Shown: piece by piece, positions 37,419 through 47,147 of the stretch
How positions within the stretch are numbered: position 1 is the first letter of the stretch
Layout: each line of letters begins with the position of its first letter
NCBI GenBank assembly: GCA_031763465.1
Contig: JARFOE010000072.1
Location: forward strand, 1,071,299 to 1,118,445
Origin: Squatina squatina
Lineage: Eukaryota
Direction of reading: 5' to 3'
Length of the DNA: 47,147 bases
Notes under the pieces: model-generated
What the model saw: the letters and a program-made list of their open reading frames with translations, nothing else
Databases searched by the model: none
What the model was told of the DNA's origin: nothing
Program-made: the position numbers and the translations under genes

Positions 37419-39737
37419 CTGCACCAGAAAAATCACATTCACCCGACAGAAACATTCCTTTCGTGCCTTTACTGCTGCCCGCGTCTGCCCAAAGCGTCGA
37501 TGCACGAAATTAAGAAACATACACTTTTCTGTTTGTGTTATATTTGCGGTCTTATTTTTGCGATTCGAGGTCGGGGCACATTGTCTGATTTCTAATCATT
37601 TTGCTACCGTTAAATATTCGTAAAATACATTACATCAATTCGACAAGGAATAAGATGCAAGCCCACAATATTATATGGACACACATAAGCCTAGAATACA
37701 AACTATGTATAAATAAGAACAAGACTCTCCATATAATGATCATTCGGATATTCCAGTTTTATAAACACGCACTTAAAATGATATGCTTATGTTTATACGG
37801 GTGTATATTAGAGCGCACTATATGTGTGTTTTTGTGATATTTATTTCGTAACTAAACGCCTTACTTTAGCGTACAGTAAGTGTTCCTTGTATGATATAAC
37901 TTCTCTACTGTGGAAAGGCCACTCATTGGTAAAACCATAATCTGGAAGGACATATATTTTGGCTCAGTTTAAGAATAGAATAACAGAAATAATCTTTGAT
38001 CACTGATCTAATTTCTGTTTTATTGTGAGGGCAATATTAATATTATTGGTAGAAAACATGTAGCTAATACGTAATAACGGGGAGAAATAACGAATGAAAA
38101 ATTCGATTTCCTAGGCTTCAAAAGCCATTGCTGTGTTTAATCGAAACAAGAGGCGGGAGCTTTAGCTCAACTCATATTACAACCATATTGCACTATTAAA
38201 AAGAACAGTTATTGCCCATAATTTTACTTATTGGCCAAAATACAATCAATTAATAAAATGTTAAAAGTCTATATATATAAGTAGAGAAAGATTCCAGCAT
38301 CCGTAGTATTTCGCTTCTGGATTNNNNNNNNNNNNNNNNNNNNNNNNNNNNNNNNNNNNNNNNNNNNNNNNNNNNNNNNNNNNNNNNNNNNNNNNNNNNN
38401 NNNNNNNNNNNNNNNNNNNNNNNAACACCAGTATATACTAGTGCACTTTTTCAACCCTTAGGTTACCATCAATTAGAGAAGCCTCTACTGACTGTAACTA
38501 ATGGCAATGCCTCTCTACAGATTTGCATGGCTGGTGAAGTATAATATGAAATCCAAAACATAAACCATTCCTGAAGTAAACAGGTTTATAATTGTGCCAT
38601 TTAGTTATGATTTTACCTTTTGTCTCACATTGCAATGCTCACCACACCATCTGTCAGCTGTTATCCCTGCTTGATATCTGGTATCAACTGTTTTGTGATT
38701 GCTACTTGCTGGGGTTTCACCAGTTTAGAGTTGGGAGGAAAACAGGAACATATCAGTTGTCCATGCAATACTCTCTCTGTACCTATTTTAGACGTATCTA
38801 AAAAGATTGAAAGATCAGAACTGTGATTTTTGGTTACTATTTATGGAATTGGCTCCCACCTATTCTGTAATGTATACTTTTCCTTGCTCCTTTTATTCCT
38901 GACCAGGACCCACTTGCCCGGTTGCAATGGGTTGCGTCAGGCTTTCAAGTAAAACTACGGCTTTTGGTCCCCTGATGCTTTTCCACAAACTTGAACAGTT
39001 TTTTAAAAAATATTTGACTAATTACAACGCAAAGGTCTGCACTAAATTAATACTCGATTTGGGAAAAAAAGACCTGGCATAATTGTTATTTTGATAGAAA
39101 AGTACAGTGGTGTATATATTATTAAACAGGTCGATATGTATGCAGCGCTATGGATTAATGCACAAAGACGCGCCAAATGCAGAAGCAGACATCCCTTCTG
39201 ATATTAATTATTTACACGTCCCATAGCTGATTGCTGAGGTGGAGATTACACTTAGGAGTTCCAGAACAGGAATGTAACGCCAGAAGTCGATTTTTGAGAC
39301 CACACGAAAATTCGCATTTGCAATGGTCTCTTAAATAACCCATGCCAAACCTAAAAAAAAATGTTTCATTTCGCATTGTAGCAGTTCATAGTAAATATGA
39401 CGTGTTTAAAGGGACAAAATGTAAGCATCCATATTTAACTAACTGCACTCGGTGTGCTATTATCTGAATTAGCTGAATAGGTAAGTATGGGGGGAAAGGG
39501 GGAGCGAGAGAGGGTTGAGTGATGGAACATCACGTACATACATCTATGTGGCATGAACGAGGTTGATACAAGCATTTTTGATGATTCTACAATCTTAATA
39601 GTTTCATACATATATTATCAATATTTGCATTTCCAGAGACGATTTAGAAAAACCCTTTGTACAGCGACATGCATCCCCGGGTATTTTAAGCCCCTTTTAT
39701 TGAATCACGCATTGACATATATTGTTAGGAGTCTTAC

Positions 39738-39823
39738 CTGTACAGGTGGCTAAGAGATTTCCCGGCAAAATTTTTGAGCCCCTCTTTGCTCGGAGCAAAG
39801 ACCCGTTCCTTAACAGTATCCAT
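39738..39823 (-). CDS. SLC17A6: VGLUT2 exon 1 coding part
   Basis: [29 protein letters not shown]|gtaag; N-terminus matches VGLUT2 rather than VGLUT1/3; synteny agrees. Confidence 0.95.
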
Positions 39824-39899
39824 ACCCTCCAGAAGGTGCTCAGATAAATACTCTTACGAAAGTGTCATGCTAGAGATAATGACTGTTCATTAGAATTAA

Positions 39900-40583
39900 T
39901 TTGGTAGAACGATCAAGTGCTCTCGAGCGATAGCGGAGCAGACGTCTCCTACATGGGAGCTGATCTGCGGCTGCGATTCGGAGTTCAAAGAGGAAATGAG
40001 AAAGTCTTATCTGGCTGCCCGCAGTCAACCACTGAAGGTACAGAAACAGCCATGATGTTTGGGGAACTCCTGCTTCAGAAATTTACTCTTCCTGTGTGTA
40101 AAAAAAAATCCTGAGCTGTATTCTGCAGATCGCAGCTAATAACGTCTATAAATATGCAGGACTTTCCCGTCGCATGCAGAGCAGAGCTACCAGGCACAAT
40201 CGATCGTTGGAGCAGGTTGCACGGGCAAGTGGCTGGTGACGCTTTCAGCACCTTGGACAGAAGCAGCGCGCGACCGAAGGGCGCTGCCAACGACGGGGTG
40301 CCGGTCAGATCGCCAATTTTCTCTGGGACCTGACCGGATTTCAGCAAGTCCCTTTACCGTCACCAGGCTCTTTCTTGGGTTGTGGGTGCTATGGAAACGA
40401 CATGAGAGATTCGATCAGCTCGCCACAGGTTTCCCGGCTGTGTGGCTGCCTCACGGCGCTTGGAGTTTATTAAAAAATTGACAAGTTTTCTTTCCATTCC
40501 CATGTGCTCACCCGCTGCCACCCACCCCACCCCTGCTGACGTAAGGCTCAATCCTGGCATTCATTCCCAGCCTTCAACGGATC
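39900..40583 (-). promoter_or_regulatory. SLC17A6: CpG-rich 5' UTR/promoter of SLC17A6
   Basis: High CpG density upstream of the ATG; CACCC boxes at ~40519-40533; CRE-like TGACGTAA at 40537-40544. Confidence 0.7.
40244..40264 (+). promoter_or_regulatory. RE1/NRSE (REST binding site)
   Basis: TTCAGCACCTTGGACAGAAGC vs consensus TTCAGCACCnnGGACAGCGCC; both cores and the 2-nt spacer are intact. Confidence 0.85.
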
Positions 40584-41974
40584 NNNNNNNNNNNNNNNNN
40601 NNNNNNNNNNNNNNNNNNNNNNNNNNNNNNNNNNNNNNNNNNNNNNNNNNNNNNNNNNNNNNNNNNNNNNNNNNNNNNNNNNNATACACACAAAAGGAAG
40701 GCTCAAAAGCTTCAGATGGTCATATTGCAGGAGGCTGTAACAGAGGTGTCCGTTCTCCACATGCTGGATTTCTCCTGCTTATCCATTTACTGTATGGGCA
40801 AGGCGGAAAATATGATCTATTTCTTTCCAAAAGAAACTGCAGTGCCATACCGCTAACAAACAAAAATGCCCATATAGATGTCAGAATGTAATCTGGAGAA
40901 GAAAGAATTAAAATATCACCATCAGTTTAACAAAAAAAATCAGTGGGGTTTATAACGTGGACAAAAAGATAAGCTAATATCGAGTTCATGTACTTGCTTA
41001 TGTACTTAACGAAAAATAACAGTACTTTATCCTATTTCTAGTTCTGTAATCACTGCAGTAAATTTACAGTGCAGATTACCAACATTCCCAGAATGTAAAC
41101 TTCTAGAAGTTACACCACCAACTCTTCATTTATGAAGGTACGCAGGCTTTGACAGATAGAACAGTGCTCGAGTAACTGAGTGATCTAATTCGCTACTCCA
41201 AGTTAATGAGGTAACAAGTTTGGATTCATTCCTACACAAACAGAACCACACTTATGCCCTTCAATCCCAGGAGGAAGATTTTACTGAACCTACCTACACG
41301 CTGGAAAGGAGCATCATTATACACCTTCGCAAAATCTGGGTGTATTGCTCTCTTGATGACATTTAGAATTATGTAAGTCAGGCTGGTGTAGACATATACT
41401 CCAACTGCAATAATTACAGCATAAGAGCCAACCAGTGCACACGTGATGATGTTCAGCTATTTAAGAAAAACACACACACTATTAGAAGCAATATATTTAA
41501 CATTTATTGCAGTAATCTGCAATGGATCATTAATTTATTTGAAACAGTCAATTGTGAGAATATTTACAAATTTAATAAAAAGATATCCCATGTTCTGTAT
41601 ATAAAGCACTGGAACCACTTGGTGAGATTCCAACCTGTAACTCGCTGCAAGATATGCATTATTCACTATATAAATTACCTGAACACCTCAATTAGAATTG
41701 AGCCTGCAACTCACACACAGGTATATATAAGCCATTCATAAGGGAGCAATGTCAAGAACAGCCCTTTCCAAATCTCCAGGCCATTAAATCCAAATTGTAC
41801 AAATCAGCAAATTAGAAATATAAGTAGAACTACATTGTTTGGGTTTTCTGGCCAGATTGCCACTGCTCGAGTCCNNNNNNNNNNNNNNNNNNNNNNNNNN
41901 NNNNNNNNNNNNNNNNNNNNNNNNNNNNNNNNNNNNNNNNNNNNNNNNNNNNNNNNNNNNNNNNNNNNNNNNNN

Positions 41975-42101
41975 GGTCTGTAGTTCCCTGTTTTCTCTCC
42001 CTCCTTTCTTAAATAGTGGGGTTACATTTGCTACCCTCCAATCTGCAGGAACCATTCTGGAATCTATAGAATTTTGGAAGATGACAACCAATGCATCCAC
42101 T
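41975..42101 (-). mobile_element. CR1 LINE ORF2 fragment
   Basis: DALVVIFQNSIDSRMVPADWRVANVTPLFKKGGRE. Confidence 0.9.
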
Positions 42102-42223
42102 GCTTTTATGATTCATCACTCTTGTGCACATCATTATAACCCCTTTTGTGTATAACTAATCAATCACTCCTCCTCTATGCTGGCCATGTGGCTGCCGCTC
42201 AGCTGGTGCGTGGCTGCTGCATG

Positions 42224-43042
42224 TCAGGTGTTGAAGCTGCAGATGGCCATTTCCACTGAGAAGCCTGCGTCCGAGTTGTAGATCAGCTGGGTCTGGTTGC
42301 TCCAGAAGGCTCTCAGTACAATGCTGGTGTTCCTCAGGAGGTGGTAGGGCAGGTACATGAGGCCAAAAATGACCAGGACCGAGTACATCAGCCAGAAAAG
42401 TTTCTTCCGCTTTTGGATGCAGTGCAGGTTGTGCTTTTTGAGCTCTTTGGTGCAGTTCCAGTAACAGTAGCAGATGGCCACGAAGGGAAGGAGGGAGCCG
42501 GTCACTGTGCTGACAATCGAGTAGGACAATGTCTTGTTAGTGCAGTGGGAGAAGACGTAGAAGATGCAAACAGATTGGTTGCGGGAGCAAGCGACGGTGA
42601 AGGCCATGAAGGCGGAGGGGATGCTGACCATAAAGGTCAGCACCCAGATCCCCACGCACACATACAAAGACTGTCGCCTGCTCAGCAAGAAGATCGACTG
42701 CAAAGGGTGCACGATGGCCAAGTAGCGGTCCAGGCTGATGCAAGTCACAAAGTAGATGCTGGAGTAGAAGCAGGCGTGGTACATGCACCTCACGATCTTG
42801 CAAGCGACATCGCCGAAAGCCCACTGCAGCCTGGCAAAGTGGTAGTGAATGAGGAAGGGGAGGGTTAGCATCCACGTGGTGTCTGCCACTGCCAGGTTGC
42901 AGAGGAACAAGGCGCTGCGGTTCCAGGGCTTGGTCTTTCGGACCAGAACCCACAGGATCAGGAAGTTCAGTGTCAGCCCAAAGACTAAAACCAGCAGAAA
43001 CGCTGCTGGGATCACATAAGTCTGAGTGAAGAACAATGCCAT
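42224..43042 (-). pseudogene. P2Y-like class A GPCR, truncated in TM7 (probable pseudogene)
   Basis: NLAVAD, WAFGDVACK, ISLDRYLAIVHP, LPYHLLR motifs; TGA directly after SFNT, so no [D/N]PxxY or helix 8. Start uncertain. Confidence 0.7.
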
Positions 43043-43107
43043 GTGCTGAAATAAAGCTGACTTCTCTGTACTACACAAGAATAATTTGAAAGGGATGCAA
43101 CACCTGT

Positions 43108-43430
43108 TAAAGAATGAGCTTGCATTTCTATAGCACCTTTCATGTCTTTGTGACATCCCTATACTCCTCACAGCCATTGGCGTTGCATAGGCAAAGATGG
43201 CAGCCAATTTGTGCATAGCTAGGTCCCACAGACAGCAATCAGATAAACATCTTTTGACAGTGTTGGACGAAGGACAAATGTTGGCCAGGACAACTCCCCT
43301 GCTCTCCATGTGCCATGGGATCTTTCACACCCATCTGAACAGGTAGACACAGCCCCGCTTTTAGATCTCATCCAAAGGATGGCACCAGCGGCACTGCAGC
43401 ACTACCTCAGTATTGCACTGAAGAACACAT
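43108..43430 (-). mobile_element. Deu-domain SINE, diverged
   Basis: cttgcatttctatagcacctttcatg...ggcagccaatttgtgca...ttggccagga...gccatgggatcttt aligns with 8097-8556. Confidence 0.8.
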
Positions 43431-44875
43431 AATGTAGGTTGACTCAAATCNNNNNNNNNNNNNNNNNNNNNNNNNNNNNNNNNNNNNNNNNNNNNNNNNN
43501 NNNNNNNNNNNNNNNNNNNNNNNNNNNNNNNNNNNNNNNNNNNNNNNNNNACAAATACTCACTTGTGGATAATACATTTTATTTCCCCCTTGGTTGTCCA
43601 TTTCTTATTTTTTCTTTACCATGCTCTACTATATCTCTCTTTTAAATCAATCTAACCTTCCTTTTTTGTTCTCGGACCTTTTTACCTTAACTGTTAGTTG
43701 CATTTCCTTTCATATATTGCCTTCCCTCCACTTTTACGACTTCTGTTCGGTGTCACAAGTGAGCAAGGATAAGATGTGTTCCTACTAAGTTAAGTGAGAT
43801 AAACCACTAACAGAGGCAGGATTTGAAGATATTTATATGCGGTATCCCAATTACATTTGAAAACATGCTTGCAATAGATACAACACACAACAGGGAACAA
43901 AGCAAATTTAACAAAGTAACTCTTAGTATTTCAGATTCTTCAGTTCAACACTGTAATTTCATAACATTGATTCTGGAGTTTAAAATTCATGGGGCTATGG
44001 AGCACGGTGGGTTGGGCATGTCGGAAGCTGGAACCTGCCATACTGCAGGACTCTAAGGTATAGGTCAATACTTTGATTCTGTGCAATGAATTCTCCAATC
44101 CCCCATTCATCGGGAGTTGGGTCAAATGGAAAACAAGCAGTTCTCCGCAGGAAGGCAGGAAGGAGGCGATAGGTGGAGCAGGGGTCACCTTGGACGCACG
44201 CCAATAGCCGGCAACACAGCAGCACAGGCAAAAGCTTCGGAAGAGGTCCCCTGTCTACCTCCTTTGGGCCAGGATTTCGTGCATCGCGCAGGGAGATTTA
44301 AGAATGGTGAGAGAAAAAAAAATGTTGTTAAAATTTGGGAGCTGACCCAACGTGGGATTGGATATCGACACCCTGTAAAAGAAAGGCACATGGCAACAGA
44401 TTCGCTTGTGGTTGAAATTCATCGTTGGTCCTAGGAACATTCCGAGTCAGTTCAACATCAGGAACACTTCTCCCCTCCTTCTTGAATTGCTAAAGATAAG
44501 ATTGACCAGTTATTTTGCTTACCCATTTCCAGGTATTCATAGAAGAGGCCAAGCTGGCCCATGTCCTGCAAGTCATGGTCCTGCTCCCAGCGGGAATACA
44601 GTCTCTCTGGATGATGCCTGGCATTCCGACTCACCCACCAGTTCTTCAACCAGCTGTAGAAATAGCGCAAAACAAATGAAGGTCTTGGTCCCTTGGGATG
44701 ACAGTTTACCTGTTCCTTTAGAGTGGTCACAACTCGTGTCTTAGGGAAACATCAGTGTGCCACAGTCTGGTTTGTCTCTGCAAGATTTGCCAAAAATGGT
44801 CAAGTGGCCAAACTAAATAATTAGCTGGCCTTGAGGAGCCTGATCACCTGGCCCTGCCTCTGCCACTCTCATGGT

Positions 44876-44995
44876 TATAAGAACATAAGAATTCGGAGCC
44901 ATTCGGCCCCTCGTGCCTGCTCTGCCATTCAACAAGATCATGGCTGAACTTTGACCTCAACTCCACTTCCCTACCTAATCCCCATGTCCCTTCAT
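44876..44995 (-). mobile_element. CR1 LINE 3' end
   Basis: ataagaacataagaa...gccattcggcccctcgtgcctgctctgccattcaacaagatcatggctg. Confidence 0.75.
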
Positions 44996-45509
44996 AGTGT
45001 CAAGTTTGTCTATTAATTATCAAAATTAATAATCCAAGTTGGATCCATATCCAGGAAGTAAGAGACAGGCTAATGCAAATTAGTTTTGTTACTAATTTTC
45101 TTCCCTCCTCCACAGAGTCCACAGAACATCTGTCTTGATACCTATTAGTTTGTGTAGGAATACAATATTCTGTACATTTTGCTGGAGTAATATATATAGG
45201 TTATCACAGAGTGGGTGGTTCAGTACTACAAAAATCTGAGGAATGAAAAAGCCCTCGTAATTCATAGTAAATAAACCCAGGGAGGACAATACTGGGCTTT
45301 CTCATGAGTAAAGTATCCATAGCATTTAATATTCTGCAGACTCCCCATCCCTTCGCCTAGTTGGTTTCTCAAAACTGAAAATATCAGCTCAGCGTGACAT
45401 ACCCTTTGAACCTTCCTGTTTTTGCAGCATTTCTGTACACAGTAAAATGACTGGAATTTCCTCTGCTTGCTCTGTCTTCATTTATACCTCTATTTTTCCC
45501 CTCTTCCTT

Positions 45510-45660
45510 ATAAGACCATAAGAAATAGGAGCAGGAGTAGGCCATATGGCCCCTGAAGCCTGATCCACCATTCAATAAGATCATGGCTGATCTTCTACCT
45601 CAACTCCACTTTCCTGCCCTATCCGCCATATCGCTTGATCCCATCAGAGTCGAAAATTCT
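45510..45660 (-). mobile_element. CR1 LINE 3' end
   Basis: ataagaccataagaaataggagcaggagtaggcc...gatcatggctgatcttctacc. Confidence 0.78.
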
Positions 45661-46055
45661 NNNNNNNNNNNNNNNNNNNNNNNNNNNNNNNNNNNNNNNN
45701 NNNNNNNNNNNNNNNNNNNNNNNNNNNNNNNNNNNNNNNNNNNNNNNNNNNNNNNNNNNNCAAAGTAATTGATTGCATTCGGCAGGGCGGATCTAATTAC
45801 ACATTCCAGAGAAACTGCTGGGTGTGGTTTATCCTCCGAGGGAACCAATCAGCAATCAGGTCTTGTCATCCAAGGGGACCAATCAGAACTTTGGTGTTGC
45901 AAATAGACACATCCCGCAGCAAGCTGCAGCACTAAAAGGTGAGCTTTAACATTGTAAATTAAGTCATTAGTAACTTATGTAAAAAAAGTGAACATTTCAG
46001 TAAAGCAGTAAGAAACATACTCTTGTGGAGAAAGATAGCATAAGGAAAGTTTTAC

Positions 46056-46278
46056 CAAGGTCTGTGATCCAGATTGCCACCCTCTCATAGAAGTAGTTCA
46101 GGATCATGATGATGATGAAGTTCAGTACGGAGGCTGTGACGGATGTTACCATCTGGGGGGTAACCAATGTGCCGATGTACTTAACCTCCTTCATATTCAC
46201 GGTGATCTTGGCAAAGGAGGCGTACATCGAGAGACGGTACACAATGACCGCAATGATACAGATCAGGATTAAAAAGAT
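46056..46278 (-). CDS. ANO5: Anoctamin internal exon (TM3-TM4 region), ANO5 by synteny
   Basis: ctcag|IFLILICIIAVIVYRLSMYASFA...VTPQMVTSVTASVLNFIIIMILNYFYERVAIWITDL|gtaaa; 223 nt; next to SLC17A6. Confidence 0.88.
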
Positions 46279-46597
46279 CTGAGTGGAAAGGTAAACAATA
46301 ACAGCACAAGTTAGCTCACTGAATGGAAAACAGAATTAGAGCAGGCACTCTCAGTGCAGTGTCTTGCACTCCCAAATTTGGGCTTAGCTGGGTCAGAAAG
46401 TTGTGGGTTCACACCTCACTCCAGGACATAAGGACATAACTTAAATGCTGAACTGAACAGCTTAAGTCTACAATTGATTTTATTCAGTGCCTGTATTCTC
46501 CTCCCTTGTCTGGATGAGGTAATTAGTAAAAGTATTTATAGCATATACAAAATACCACATCAAACATGCCACCTGAAGCACCTACAAAAACTCTTAA

Positions 46598-46935
46598 TAG
46601 AATCATAGAATGGTTACAGTACCGAAGGAGGCCATTTGGCCCGTGTTGGCTCTCCGCAAGACCATTCCCCTGCCCTTTCCCCATAGCTCTGCAAAATGTT
46701 TTCTGTCAGGTACTTATCCAAATCCCTTTTGAAAGCAGTGATTGAATTTGCCTCCCTTTCAGGCAGTGCATTCCAGATCCTAATCACTTGCTGCGTAAAA
46801 TAGTTTTTCCTCACGGCGCCTTTGGTTCTTCTGCCAATCACCTTAAATCTGCGTCCTCTGGTTCTCGACCCTTCCGCTAATGGGAAAAGTTTCTCTCTAT
46901 CTACTCTGTCGAAACCCCTTATGATTTTGAAAATA
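46598..46935 (-). mobile_element. CR1 LINE 3' fragment
   Basis: FKIIRGFDRVDREKLFPLAEGSRTRG...FTQQVIRIWNALP and an atagaatc tail. Confidence 0.92.
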
Positions 46936-47147
46936 GCTGCCAGCAACAAAGTTTTCAATGTATTTTTATATAATGAGCACTGACGCCACAATAAACTGAT
47001 TCTATTAAGAGTCATTGAGCCAAATGAAATCAATAGAGATGACGAGGGGTGGGGGTAAAAACTGGGCAAGGGCGGGGCACGAAACAGGCAGTGGCGCTCC
47101 GACCGCCCGTTAAAGACTCTGCCCAATATTCAGTTCCATACCCTTTA

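Noticed and set aside
37098-37595. Plus-strand ORFs of 165 and 108 aa
   Set aside because: Antisense shadows of SLC17A6 exon 2.
42341-42953. Overlapping 175-aa and 138-aa ORFs
   Set aside because: Shadow frames of a GC3-rich coding region.
43106-43309. N-terminal extension of the 361-aa GPCR ORF
   Set aside because: Translated SINE sequence with a non-ATG start.
1801-45848. ORFs containing runs of X
   Set aside because: They span placeholder gaps and join unrelated contigs.

Overview
Vertebrate genomic DNA, not prokaryotic; the repeats (Deu-domain tRNA SINEs, CR1/L2, Tx1, Penelope-like, Harbinger) point to a shark or other cartilaginous fish. It is a fragmented scaffold of short contigs joined by about 29 placeholder gaps of 100 N, so distances are not real and many exons are missing. 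All recognisable genes are on the minus strand in the conserved order ANO5 (one exon), a P2Y-like GPCR ORF truncated in TM7, SLC17A6/VGLUT2 (exons 1, 2, 5, 6, 8) and GAS2 (five coding exons plus a candidate TATA-driven 5' exon). FANCF, expected between SLC17A6 and GAS2, is not visible. The most notable items are minimal hammerhead ribozyme motifs in Penelope repeats, an RE1/NRSE site at the VGLUT2 5' end, the damaged GPCR, an intact spliced Harbinger Myb/SANT ORF, and a >2 kb 16-bp minisatellite beside the last GAS2 exon. I see no convincing wholly new biological system. Gene calls come from manual translation and recalled orthologue sequences, not database searches. Repeat boundaries are approximate.
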